64,000 bases of DNA from Candidatus Microbacterium stercoravium (GCA_019117025.1 DXAM01000140.1:49092-113091); one strand, 5' to 3'. Counted from the stretch's first letter, positions 50,479 through 59,681 are shown. The notes: generated from the sequence alone by a model not told the origin. A program made the numbers and translations.

Positions 50479-51840
50479 TTAGAGCGCGGGCCGGGCGTAC
50501 AGCTCGTACGTCACGTCGTCCGGCAGATCGTCGGCCAGCGCGACGTGCTCCGCCTCGAAGTCCACGCTGCCGCCCGCGGGAACGCGCGCCACCGTGAGGG
50601 TGCGGCCCACCACGATCTTGCCGTCGCCGTCGCGCCCGATCACGGTGACCCGCACGTCGACCGCGTCGTCTGCTCCGGGGTTCTCGAGCGTGCCGGGGAT
50701 CGAGACGGTCCCGGACGCGACGGCGGGCTCGCCGGCTTCGGCATCGAGCGGCTCGGCGGCCGGCACGGGCGCGTAGAGCGTGCCCGTGCCGAATTCCACC
50801 TCGACGCTGTCGATGTCTTCCGCCTCGACGGGAACGGACACGAGCACGGCCGTCGTCCCGGGGGCGAGCGAGACATACGACGATGCAGACTCGATGGCGA
50901 TGCCGTCGTGGCCGAGCACATCGATCTCAGCGCGCACGGAGCCGTAGCTGAGACCGTCGGACGCATTGTCGACGAACACCGCGACGAACGAGTATCCCGA
51001 GCTGACCTGCCACCAGGCCGTTTCGCCGACCGCGACCTCTTCGAGGAACGCGGCGACCTGGTCGTCGTCGGCGAATGGGCTCGAATACTCGGAGAGCTCC
51101 TCGCTCTGCGGCGCCGGCGAGGACTCCTCGTTCCCCGTTGCGGGGGAGACCCCCGTCGAACCGAAGCCGCCGATCGCAGCCCAGAGATAGAGCGTGAAAG
51201 CCGTGACGATGCCGCCGATGATCGTGCCGATGCCCGCGACGATGAGCGTGGCGATGCTCATGCCGCGCCGCGAGCGCCGCTTGGCGAGCGAGACGATCGC
51301 GAGGACGATCGCCGTGAGGGCCAGGGGCACACCGAGGAATGACGCGAACGGGATGATGCCGAGCACGATTCCGACGATCGCCATCACGAGCGCCGCCACC
51401 GCGAGGCCGTTCGAGGGCTCCGGCGGCGCACCGATCGCATACGCGGCCGGCGGACCGGCGTACGGCGGAGTCGCGCCCGCGCCATAGCCGGCAGTCGTGT
51501 AGGGCGGAAGCGCCGGTCCCGTGTCGGCGGGTGCTGCGGGTGGGGCCGACGGTTCGGCGTGGTCCGGGGTCGCGTGAGCGCTGTCGGCGGCGCTCGCGTA
51601 GGGCGGAAGCGACGGTCCGGTGTCGGCGGGTGCCGCGGGTGGGGCCGGCGGTTCGGCGTCGGGCGTCACGGCTCCCGGCGTCACCGCCGCGGGCGGCTGC
51701 GCGTGGTCGCGCGCGTACGGCGGCAGGGGAGGACCGGTCTCGGAAGAGGCGGGCGGAGCCCCAACCGACTTCGGAGCGCTCGGCGCGGAGGAGCCCTCAC
51801 GGTTCTGCCAGGGGAAGGTCGGGTTCTGGTCGTCAGACAT
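50479..51840 (-). CDS. DUF4190-like membrane protein with Pro-rich repeated N-terminus and extracytoplasmic C-terminal domain
   Basis: GGAGGAAACC SD before ATG 51840. PPYA-type repeats, then two or three TM helices (LAVAALVMAIVGIVLGIIPFASFLGVPLALTAIVLAIVSL), then a beta-rich C-terminal region of about 230 aa. Confidence 0.7.
   Translation of the reverse strand: MSDDQNPTFPWQNREGSSAPSAPKSVGAPPASSETGPPLPPYARDHAQPPAAVTPGAVTPDAEPPAPPAAPADTGPSLPPYASAADSAHATPDHAEPSAPPAAPADTGPALPPYTTAGYGAGATPPYAGPPAAYAIGAPPEPSNGLAVAALVMAIVGIVLGIIPFASFLGVPLALTAIVLAIVSLAKRRSRRGMSIATLIVAGIGTIIGGIVTAFTLYLWAAIGGFGSTGVSPATGNEESSPAPQSEELSEYSSPFADDDQVAAFLEEVAVGETAWWQVSSGYSFVAVFVDNASDGLSYGSVRAEIDVLGHDGIAIESASSYVSLAPGTTAVLVSVPVEAEDIDSVEVEFGTGTLYAPVPAAEPLDAEAGEPAVASGTVSIPGTLENPGADDAVDVRVTVIGRDGDGKIVVGRTLTVARVPAGGSVDFEAEHVALADDLPDDVTYELYARPAL
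51454..51651 (-). repeat. Two tandem 99-bp (33-aa) repeat units inside the DUF4190-like gene, with a degenerate third copy upstream
   Basis: The plus-strand string GTAGGGCGGAAGCG.CGGTCC.GTGTCGGCGGGTGC.GCGGGTGGGGCCG.CGGTTCGGCGT recurs at 51499 and 51598. It encodes P(P/S)APPAAPADTGP(S/A)LPPY... Confidence 0.8.
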
Positions 51841-51852
51841 GGTTTCCTCCGA

Positions 51853-52308
51853 TCAGCGAGCGAGCCGCTTGACGATCTTCGCCGGCACGCCCGCCACGAC
51901 GACGTCGTCGGGAACGTCGTCGGTCACGACGGATCCCGCGGCCACCACGGAACCGGCGCCGATGCGCACCCCCGCGAGCACGGTCGAGCTCGCGCCGATC
52001 CAGGATCCGTCGCCGATGACGATGGCGTCGTGGCGCACCGTGCCCGCCCGCCGCTCGTGCGGTCCGACGTCGTGCGTGTCGGTGACGAGCCGCACGAACG
52101 GTCCGATGTTCACCCGGTCGCCGATCGTCGTGTTCGGCCGCACGTAGCAGTCGCGGTTGATGAACACGTCGGAGCCGACGAGGATGTCGCCCGTGAACTC
52201 GCTGCCCCGGTAGATGCGGGTGTTCGCACCGACCGTGATCGTCACGCGATCGGAATGGTTGAAGACGACCTGCGCGTCGATATCGGCGTCGTCGGCGATG
52301 TTCAGCAT
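51853..52308 (-). CDS. Left-handed beta-helix (hexapeptide repeat) O-acetyltransferase, maltose/galactoside acetyltransferase-like
   Basis: MLNIADD start at 52308. IGDGSWIGASSTVLAGVRIGAGSVVAAGSVV hexapeptide repeats. Confidence 0.8.
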   Translation of the reverse strand: MLNIADDADIDAQVVFNHSDRVTITVGANTRIYRGSEFTGDILVGSDVFINRDCYVRPNTTIGDRVNIGPFVRLVTDTHDVGPHERRAGTVRHDAIVIGDGSWIGASSTVLAGVRIGAGSVVAAGSVVTDDVPDDVVVAGVPAKIVKRLAR

Positions 52309-52312
52309 GCGA

Positions 52313-53272
52313 TCAGTCCGCCAGGGGCGCCATGATCTCGAACGACTTCTCACGCGAGATGGTCAGCCCGTCGCGCATGCCGCGCCACAGGTTCGCCCAG
52401 CCCTTCTTCGTGATCCTGCGCTCGACGAACGCCAGACGGATGAGCTCCTTCGCGAAGGTCGCGGCCGTGCCGACGGCGAACATCACCGGCCGGTAATCGC
52501 CGTGCGCGCGGTAGTAGTGGGTCATGATGCCGCGATTGCGCATGATGTAGTACCGGTACATGTCGCTCGAGGCATTGAGGTGGCGCGTGCCCATGTCCCA
52601 CTGCTTGATCTCGCGCGTGCGCTGCAGCACGAACTCGTCGACGATCACGCACGGCGCGACGCGCGAGGCGAGATAGCCGTAGATCGTGTCGTCCCAGTAG
52701 ATGAAGAACCGCGGATCGGGCAGGCCCAGCTGCTTCACGAGCGAACGGTGGATGAACATGCCCTCGAAGCATCCCGAGTTCATCTCGCGGTAGCCCGAGC
52801 CGTCGAAGCCCGCCGGCGCGAACGGAATCGGAATGCCGAGCGACGTCGACACCCGGTACTGCCAGTAGAACTCGGAGCCGTCGTAGTCGTAGCGGCGCCC
52901 CTGGATATGCCGGAACTTCGGCGCCCACGCGCCCATGCGCGCGAGGCCGTCGGGAAGCACCTCGACGTCGTCGTCCATCAGCCAGATCCACTCGGACCCG
53001 ATCTCGTACGCCGTCTGCATGCCGGCGCTGAAGCCGCCCGCGCCGCCGGTGTTGGTCTCGAGTCTGCGGTACACGACCTCGGTGCCGGTCGCGGGCGAGA
53101 GGCGCTCGACGACCTCGGGGGTGTCATCGGCGGAGGCGTTGTCGATCACGACGACATGGCCCGGCTTCGGATCCATGGTGCCGATCGAGCGCAGGGCCCG
53201 CTCCAGCAGGGCGGAGCGGTTGAACGTGACGATGACGATCGTCGCGGACGCGGGGTCGAACGGAGTGCTCAT
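52313..53272 (-). CDS. Glycosyltransferase family 2, GlfT1/WbbL-like
   Basis: TIVIVTFNRSALLERAL, VIDNASADDT, TNTGGAGGF and WLMDDDV. The ATG overlaps the GlfT2-like stop (ATGA). Confidence 0.75.
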   Translation of the reverse strand: MSTPFDPASATIVIVTFNRSALLERALRSIGTMDPKPGHVVVIDNASADDTPEVVERLSPATGTEVVYRRLETNTGGAGGFSAGMQTAYEIGSEWIWLMDDDVEVLPDGLARMGAWAPKFRHIQGRRYDYDGSEFYWQYRVSTSLGIPIPFAPAGFDGSGYREMNSGCFEGMFIHRSLVKQLGLPDPRFFIYWDDTIYGYLASRVAPCVIVDEFVLQRTREIKQWDMGTRHLNASSDMYRYYIMRNRGIMTHYYRAHGDYRPVMFAVGTAATFAKELIRLAFVERRITKKGWANLWRGMRDGLTISREKSFEIMAPLAD

Positions 53273-55179
53273 GCGTCTGCCTCGAAACTCTGCACCCATT
53301 CATTGTCCGCCACGAGCTGCGGCAGCGCCTCCCGGTACTCGCGCGCGAGTCGCGGCCACTGCTTCTTCAGCCGGCGGTGCAGGCGGATCGAGTCGAACAG
53401 CATGCTGCGGAACGTGCCGCGGTCGCGCGTGTAGATCTGCTTGCCCGACCCATCGGCCGCCGACACGAGCGCCGAGTCGAAGGCGGGAACGCGCCACCAG
53501 TGCGCGTCCTCCTTGCCGAACTCGACCTCGGGCACCTCGACGTTCTCGGGCGCGGGCCCGCGCAGCAGGTGGCTGAGCAGCGCACGCGCGGTGAAGATCC
53601 TCAGGCGCATGCCGGTGGGGTTGTCGAACTCGTGACGACGACGCAGCTCGAACACCTGGCGCCCGCGCCGCGAGTGCAGCACCTCGTCCGGATCCTTGTG
53701 CACGATCGTCTCGGGGAACTTCTTCGCGAGCTTCCGCGCGAGCGGCATGCGCGTCGCGAGCGTCTTGCGCATGTGTTCCGGGCCGGACAGCACGTCCCTC
53801 AGCGCGAGGTTGCGCAGCGCCGTCGGGTAGTACTGCATCATCATCAGGTGCTTGAGGTCCATGCGGCGGCTGTGGCGCAGCAGCGTTCCGCCCTCGGGGA
53901 TCGACGAGTGCAGCAGGCCCGCCACGATGCGGTTGCGCGCGTGGAAGTAGGCTTGCCAGTCGATCGCGTCGTCCTTGCCCACCCATGACACGTGCCAGAG
54001 CGCCGCGCCCGGCAGGGTCACGGTCGGCACTCCGTGCTCGCGGGCGCGCAGCGAGTACTCCGCATCGTCCCACTTGATGAACGCCGGCAGGGGCAGCCCG
54101 ACCTCGGCGATGACCGAAGTGGGGATGAGGCACATCCACCAGCCGTTGTAGTCGGCGTCCATGCGCATGTGCAGCTGCTTGGCCTGCCGGAGATTCTGCT
54201 GGCCGAAGTCGTGCGGCATCTGCTCCTGGTAGAGCGTGCGCCACATGAACGGCATCTCGTCGACGACCTCGGCCCACGCGTGCAGCTTGGGGCGGTCGAG
54301 CAGATCGAACATGTGAGCGCCGACGATGACGGGCTGCGTGGCGAAGCGGCCGAACACGATCGAACGGCGGATCGACTCGGGCTCGATGCGCACGTCATCG
54401 TCGAGCAGCTGCACGAAGTCGCTCTCGGGGCGCCCCAGCGTCTCGTGCATGGCGCGGGCGAACCCGCCGGATCCGCCCAGGTTGCGCTGGGTGATCAGCT
54501 CGAGCTGCTCGCCGAGGGCGTCGGAGACCTCACCGAAGGCCGGCTGCTGATCGACCCGATCGGTGCCCTGGTCGATGAGGAAGATGCGATCGACGACCTC
54601 GCGCACCCCGGGGCTCGCGGCGAGGGCCTCGAGCGTCTCGATGCAGTAGGTCGGCTTGTTGTACGTCGTGATGCCGAGCGAGGCCCTGCCCTCGCGCGCC
54701 GGCCGCTGCTCGGTCGTCCATTCGGCGCCGTCGAGCGTCACATCCGCGCGGTCGGAGACGATGTCGAACCAGATCCAGCCGCCGTCGGAGAACTGCGTCA
54801 ACGCGATGTCGAACGAGCTCGTGGCCTGTCCCGCGACCTCGGCGGTGCCGATGCGCTGCTGCACACCGGATCCGTTGGAGCGGTAGACGAGAACGGTGGC
54901 GTCGCCCGTCGTGCGCACGGTGAGCGTGACGGTGCGCACCGCTGTCCAGTGCTGCCAGTACGAGGCCGGGAACGCGTTGAAATAGCTCGCGAACGACGTT
55001 CGGCGACCCTGGCGCACCCGCACGCTCTCGCGCCCCAGCACATCGCCGATGTGGGCGCCCGTCGCGACGCGCACCGGCTTCTCGTCGATCGTCGACCAGG
55101 AGTCGGCATCGAGGTAGAGCGGCAGGAGGTCAGGGTCGCGATCGGTCGGGAAGACCACGTTCTGCAGAACGAACGGCAT
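53269..55179 (-). CDS. glfT2: Galactofuranosyltransferase GlfT2-like (bifunctional UDP-Galf transferase)
   Basis: 636 aa. SFASYFNAFPASYWQHWT and QRNLGGSGGFARAMHE parallel Mtb GlfT2 (SFATYFNAFPASYWRRWT and QPNLGGSGGYSRVMYE, from memory). Confidence 0.85.
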   Translation of the reverse strand: MPFVLQNVVFPTDRDPDLLPLYLDADSWSTIDEKPVRVATGAHIGDVLGRESVRVRQGRRTSFASYFNAFPASYWQHWTAVRTVTLTVRTTGDATVLVYRSNGSGVQQRIGTAEVAGQATSSFDIALTQFSDGGWIWFDIVSDRADVTLDGAEWTTEQRPAREGRASLGITTYNKPTYCIETLEALAASPGVREVVDRIFLIDQGTDRVDQQPAFGEVSDALGEQLELITQRNLGGSGGFARAMHETLGRPESDFVQLLDDDVRIEPESIRRSIVFGRFATQPVIVGAHMFDLLDRPKLHAWAEVVDEMPFMWRTLYQEQMPHDFGQQNLRQAKQLHMRMDADYNGWWMCLIPTSVIAEVGLPLPAFIKWDDAEYSLRAREHGVPTVTLPGAALWHVSWVGKDDAIDWQAYFHARNRIVAGLLHSSIPEGGTLLRHSRRMDLKHLMMMQYYPTALRNLALRDVLSGPEHMRKTLATRMPLARKLAKKFPETIVHKDPDEVLHSRRGRQVFELRRRHEFDNPTGMRLRIFTARALLSHLLRGPAPENVEVPEVEFGKEDAHWWRVPAFDSALVSAADGSGKQIYTRDRGTFRSMLFDSIRLHRRLKKQWPRLAREYREALPQLVADNEWVQSFEADA

Positions 55180-55242
55180 AGAAGGCTGCTCCGTCGGGTT
55201 CGTGAGGGGCGGCGGCGCGCGTGCGCGACGACCGAACTGAGC

Positions 55243-56568
55243 CTACCTGTCGGATCGATCCCCGCCCTGAGGGCGAGCCGGGGGCGGCACGGGCGCCGTC
55301 GGATCGATCGACAGGCGCCACGAGCGCTCGCGCCCGGCCCTCACGGCGCACATCGCGAGGAGCATCCACCCGATGCCGGTGAGGGTGTAGCTCTCGAACA
55401 CGGAGGTCACGAGAAGGGCGACGAGCATCAGCGGCAGCCAGGCGTGCACGACAGATCGCCGGTCGGCGGCCGCGAGCCACGCGCGCACCAGAGCGACGCC
55501 GCCGATCATCGCGAACAGCAGCAGGCCCACCCAGCCGAGCTGCAGCAGCACGTCGAGGTAGGCGTTGAGACCCGAGTAGTTGGGCGACGACAGCGTCAGG
55601 TTGATCACGTTCGTCGGGAACGGCTCGTCGTGCCACGTGCCGAACAGGCTCCAGCCGGTCACCGGTCGACGTCCGATCCACTCGATCGTCTCCTGCCAGA
55701 GCACGGTGCGGGTGCCGAACCCCGAACGGCTCGCGAAGAACTGCGCGACCTGGCGATGCATCACGAGAGCCAGGGCGATGCTGATGAGCGTCGCACCGCC
55801 GATGACGGCGTCGACGCCGCGCCGCCGCGCCGGGGGCGTGCGGCGCGCATATGACAGGGCGAGCTCGGCGACGATCACGAGCACGATCGTGACGAGCGCC
55901 GTGGGCGATCCCGACAGCACGACGAGCACGCCCGCGAGGATGATCGAATACACGGCCACGCGGCGGGCGACGGCGCGGGCGCGCCACTCGATCACGAAGG
56001 TGATCAGGGCGAGCACCGCGACGAAGCCGAGCACGTTGCGCGAACCGAACAGGCCCTGCACGGGGCCGCCGTAGGCGATGAGCCCCTTGACGCCGAGCGC
56101 TTCGAGCGGCTCGTCGAAGATGATGCCCGACCAGACCTCGATCGCGAGCGACGCCGCGAGCAGCCACCGCAGCACGTCGCCCATCGCGCGCGCGATCTGC
56201 AGCGTGTCGCGCACGTGCGCGATCGTGACGGCGATGGCCGCCCAGCCGAGCAGGGCCAGCCACGCCGCGAGGGTGCGCGCCCCGGCGCCGTCGAGGGCCC
56301 AGGCGAGGCTGACGATCGACCACGCGAGGAAGGCCAGGAGGCTCGTCGGAGCGAATCCGATGAACGACAGCTCGTCGCGGCGGGCCACGAGGATCCCGAT
56401 GCCGATCGCCGCGAGCCCCGCGATGATCGTCGTCGCCGTGACGATGCCGTTGACCCGCTGGATCGCGCCCGCGAGGAACCCGAGCGTGAGCGCGGCGAGC
56501 GTGTACGCGCGCGCGAACGCCGCAGACCTCAGCAGATCTGCGAGGGCGGCTCCGGCGGCGCGGCGCAT
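55243..56568 (-). CDS. O-antigen ligase/polymerase-like (Wzy_C family) polytopic membrane protein, copy 1
   Basis: 441 aa from ATG 56568, more than 10 TM segments, and a central loop GSRNVLGF...SGSPTAL typical of the family. Confidence 0.7.
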   Translation of the reverse strand: MRRAAGAALADLLRSAAFARAYTLAALTLGFLAGAIQRVNGIVTATTIIAGLAAIGIGILVARRDELSFIGFAPTSLLAFLAWSIVSLAWALDGAGARTLAAWLALLGWAAIAVTIAHVRDTLQIARAMGDVLRWLLAASLAIEVWSGIIFDEPLEALGVKGLIAYGGPVQGLFGSRNVLGFVAVLALITFVIEWRARAVARRVAVYSIILAGVLVVLSGSPTALVTIVLVIVAELALSYARRTPPARRRGVDAVIGGATLISIALALVMHRQVAQFFASRSGFGTRTVLWQETIEWIGRRPVTGWSLFGTWHDEPFPTNVINLTLSSPNYSGLNAYLDVLLQLGWVGLLLFAMIGGVALVRAWLAAADRRSVVHAWLPLMLVALLVTSVFESYTLTGIGWMLLAMCAVRAGRERSWRLSIDPTAPVPPPARPQGGDRSDR

Positions 56569-56573
56569 CGAGC

Positions 56574-57947
56574 TCACGGCGCCGGCCGCTGCCTGAGCTT
56601 GCTGGTGAACAGCACGACGAGCATCCAGCCCCACAGCATGATCGGGTTCGACTCGGCGAGGCCCTGGGCGAGCAGCGCCCAGAGCACGAGCAGGGGAATG
56701 AGCGCCAGGGGCGAATGGGGGAGCGTCGTGAGACCGGAGCCCCGGGGCCGGTCGACGGCGTGGAACCACGCGCGCCAGACGGCCGACCCGAACACGATGG
56801 CGACCGCGACGACCCCGATGATTCCAAGCTGCAGGAAGACGTCGATCCACATGTTGTGCGCTTCGAAGACCGTGATGCCGTGATCGACGATCCACCCGTC
56901 GAAGGCCGGGTCCCACGGCACCCACGGCGAGGAGAAGCCGTGGCCGAGCACCGGCCGGTCGCGGGCGCGGTCCAGCACCTGGTCCCAGATCTCGCCGCGG
57001 CCCGTCAGCCCGCCGTCGCGACCGAGCAGCGCGACGATCCGCCCGTAGCCGAGCGCGACGATCGCGATGCCCGCGACGGCGATGACCGCGCATGCGACGT
57101 ACACGCGGGTGCGGCCGGACGGCGTCGTCGTACGGCGCATCGCGAGCGCGGCGAGCAGCACGGCGCACGCGGCGGCGCCGGCGACGAAGCTGGTGGCGGA
57201 TCCGGCGCGCAGCAGCATCCACAGGGCGGCGGCCAGCCACAGCGACCGGGCGATGATGCGCTCGGCGGGGAGCCGCTCGACGACCGCGAGCCGCAGCCGG
57301 GCGGCGAACACGATGAGCGCGATCACCGCGAGCATGCCGAGGAGGTTCGCGTTGCCGACGATCCCCTGGATCCGGTCGCCCACGAGCCAGGAGTCGAACA
57401 GGTTGCCGCGCACCCAGTACCAGTGCGGATCCGGTGCGCCGTCGACCGGGAAGAAATTCGGCATGAGCGGGTGGTCGAGCACGAGCGCGACCCACGCCTC
57501 GAAGACGATCGACCCGCCGATGATCCACCGCAGCGCCGCCTCGAGCGCGCGCACGATCTCGCGCCACGAGAGCACGTCGGCGATGAACACGCCCTGCAGG
57601 GCGAAGGCGACGAGCACGACCCACGTCGCCGCGGTCGCGCCGGGCCAGTCCGACCACGCGGCCGAGACGGCCGCCAGTGCCGCGTATCCGAGCGCGGCCC
57701 AGGGCAGCCGCTGCCAGGCGAAGCCGCGGCGCGCGATGCGCGGCACCCAGATCGCGAGCGACCCGAGGACGACCGCCCCGATCAGCACCATCGCGCCGAC
57801 CGCGCCGAGCAGGTTGTACCACCACGAGTAGGCCAGCCCGCTGAAGAGCACGAAAGCGGCGTAGGCGCGCAGCGCCAGATGGCTCGTGGCTTCGCGCTCG
57901 GGCGCGACGGGAGGTCGCGCCACGGGGTGTCGAGTCATGCGGGCCAT
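56574..57947 (-). CDS. O-antigen ligase/polymerase-like (Wzy_C family) polytopic membrane protein, copy 2
   Basis: 457 aa, polytopic. GNANLLGML...GSATSF and a periplasmic-type loop GRGEIWDQVLDRARDRPVLGHGF. Confidence 0.7.
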   Translation of the reverse strand: MARMTRHPVARPPVAPEREATSHLALRAYAAFVLFSGLAYSWWYNLLGAVGAMVLIGAVVLGSLAIWVPRIARRGFAWQRLPWAALGYAALAAVSAAWSDWPGATAATWVVLVAFALQGVFIADVLSWREIVRALEAALRWIIGGSIVFEAWVALVLDHPLMPNFFPVDGAPDPHWYWVRGNLFDSWLVGDRIQGIVGNANLLGMLAVIALIVFAARLRLAVVERLPAERIIARSLWLAAALWMLLRAGSATSFVAGAAACAVLLAALAMRRTTTPSGRTRVYVACAVIAVAGIAIVALGYGRIVALLGRDGGLTGRGEIWDQVLDRARDRPVLGHGFSSPWVPWDPAFDGWIVDHGITVFEAHNMWIDVFLQLGIIGVVAVAIVFGSAVWRAWFHAVDRPRGSGLTTLPHSPLALIPLLVLWALLAQGLAESNPIMLWGWMLVVLFTSKLRQRPAP

Positions 57948-57954
57948 GCGATCA

Positions 57955-57960
57955 ACTCTA
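57955..57960 (-). promoter_or_regulatory. Putative -10 element for the leaderless minus-strand glycopolymer operon
   Basis: On the minus strand: TAGAGT, 7 nt, then ATG 57947. Confidence 0.4.
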
Positions 57961-57964
57961 TTCT
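57959..57964 (+). promoter_or_regulatory. Putative -10 element for a leaderless manA transcript
   Basis: TATTCT, 6 nt, then ATG 57971. It overlaps the opposite-strand -10 by 2 bp. Confidence 0.4.
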
Positions 57965-57970
57965 TTAGGC

Positions 57971-59095
57971 ATGCTGGTGCGACTGAACAATGCCCCCCGC
58001 CCGTTCGGCTGGGGCTCCGAGCATCTCATCGCCGATCTGATGGGGCGCCCCGCCGCCGGGCCCGAGGCCGAGGTGTGGTTCGGCGACCACCCCGCCGACC
58101 CTGCCGATGTCGAAGACGGCACGGGCCGCACGCTCGACGCGTGGATCCGCGACGAGACGGGCGGCGAGCGCCTGCCGTACCTGCTGAAGATCCTCGCGGC
58201 CCGCCAGTCGCTGTCGATCCAGGCGCACCCGACGCGCGAGCAGGCGCGGGAGGGGTACGCCGCCGAGCGCGGCCTGCCCGCCGATGCCCCGCACAACTAC
58301 GCCGACGACAACCACAAGCCCGAGATGATCGTGTCGCTGTGCGACGAGTTCGTGGCGCTGTGCGGGCTGCGCGACATCGCGCGCACCCGCGAGCTGCTCG
58401 CCGGGCTCGGCGAGGCCGCCGCGCCGCTGTACGAGCGCATCGTCGACGACGCCTCGCTCGCCGATGCCATCGGATGGCTGCTGTCGGGACGTGCGCAGCA
58501 CGTCGTCGACGCGATCTCCGACGCGCTCGCCGACGCGGTGTCCGACGCGTTCGGCGCCGAGTTCGACAACGCGCGCCGCAACGCCGCGGATTTCCCCGGC
58601 GACCCGGGCATCGTGGTCGGTCTGCTGATGAACCTCAAGACCCTCGGCTACGGCGAGGCCCTCTTCCTGCGCGCCGGCCAGCTGCACGCCTACCAGTCGG
58701 GCATCGGCATCGAGATCATGGCCGCGAGCGACAACGTCATGCGCGGCGGCCTGACGCCGAAGCACATCGACGTGGCGGAGCTCATGCGGGTGCTGGAGCC
58801 CGTTTCGGGCGACGTGTCGCTCGTCGAACCCGTTCCCGTCGAGCGCGGATTCGACGAGTACCCCGTCGACATCGACGACTTCCGCCTGCTGCGCGCGAGG
58901 CTCGGCGCAGACGGAACGGCCGCTGCGGCGCTCGCCGGCCCGGCGATCGTGCTCAGCGTGTCGGGATCCGCGCGCGTGGCCGCCGGATCGGCGAGCATCG
59001 ATATCACGCCGGGCGCCGCCGCCTTCGTCTCCGGCGAGGAATCGGTGGAAATCACCGGGTCAGGCGAGGTTTTTCTCGCGCAGCCGGGAGGATGA
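57971..59095 (+). CDS. manA: Mannose-6-phosphate isomerase, class I
   Basis: 374 aa. YLLKILAARQSLSIQAHP and NHKPEMIVSL, with the zinc-ligand region of type I PMI. Confidence 0.9.
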   Translation: MLVRLNNAPRPFGWGSEHLIADLMGRPAAGPEAEVWFGDHPADPADVEDGTGRTLDAWIRDETGGERLPYLLKILAARQSLSIQAHPTREQAREGYAAERGLPADAPHNYADDNHKPEMIVSLCDEFVALCGLRDIARTRELLAGLGEAAAPLYERIVDDASLADAIGWLLSGRAQHVVDAISDALADAVSDAFGAEFDNARRNAADFPGDPGIVVGLLMNLKTLGYGEALFLRAGQLHAYQSGIGIEIMAASDNVMRGGLTPKHIDVAELMRVLEPVSGDVSLVEPVPVERGFDEYPVDIDDFRLLRARLGADGTAAAALAGPAIVLSVSGSARVAAGSASIDITPGAAAFVSGEESVEITGSGEVFLAQPGG

Positions 59096-59242
59096 CGCCG
59101 CGCGGAGACACGCCGTGGGGCGGCAAACCTTCAATCCCGGGATGAAGCCCTTACGATAATCGACTTGAAATTCGCGAATCACACAGGTGTAATTACCCAG
59201 GGAAGGCATCAATCACAGGGCCGACCGAGGGGGAGTAGCACC

Positions 59243-59575
59243 ATGACCGCACTGTTTTACCGTTCCGAGGCGCCGTCCGACTGGTTCGTCGACCCCGCCG
59301 AGCGCGGGGTGCCCGGGTCTCCGGCGGCCGAAGGCATCGACGACGATGGTGCTCTCTCGTGGCAGGCCGAGGCGCTCTGCGCCCAGACCGACCCCGAGGC
59401 GTTCTTCCCCGAGAAGGGCGGATCCACACGCGACGCGAAGCGCATCTGCGAGTCGTGCGACGTGCGGGCGCAGTGCCTCGAGTATGCGCTCGCGAACGAT
59501 GAGCGCTTCGGCATCTGGGGCGGTCTCTCCGAGCGCGAGCGCCGTCGTCTCAAGCGCGAGCAGCAGGCGTCCTGA
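59243..59575 (+). CDS. whiB: WhiB-family redox-sensing transcription factor (WhiB2/WhiB-like by context)
   Basis: ATG 59243 follows GAGGGGGAG. CAQTDPEAFFPEKGGSTRDAKRICESCDVRAQCLEYALANDERFGIWGGLSERERRRL carries the four Cys and the GIWGG turn. A long AT-richer leader lies upstream. Confidence 0.9.
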   Translation: MTALFYRSEAPSDWFVDPAERGVPGSPAAEGIDDDGALSWQAEALCAQTDPEAFFPEKGGSTRDAKRICESCDVRAQCLEYALANDERFGIWGGLSERERRRLKREQQAS

Positions 59576-59587
59576 TCCCAGCGTGCG

Positions 59588-59614
59588 ACGCGCGGCTCTC
59601 CCTCGGCCGCGCGT
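59588..59614 (+). terminator. Hairpin downstream of whiB
   Basis: 9-bp perfect stem ACGCGCGGC (59588-59596) / GCCGCGCGT (59606-59614) with a 9-nt loop, followed by TGT. Confidence 0.45.
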
Positions 59615-59681
59615 TGTCAGCGACATCTCAGGTGTGTCAGTGAGCGTTACCGCGGCCACTCCGTCTTAGGCTTGCCGGGTC

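Noticed and set aside
50254-50508. The 225-bp GC-rich non-coding gap after the HNH gene contains GGCCCGTACAGCTG (about 50402-50420), resembling the 3' end of the DUF4190-like gene (GGGCGTACAGCTCG, about 50490-50505). This might be a target-site duplication or a gene remnant.
   Set aside because: The DNA match is only about 9-12 nt, and the translated similarity (VQLYGPG versus YELYARP) is weak. No matching repeat lies upstream of the HNH gene.
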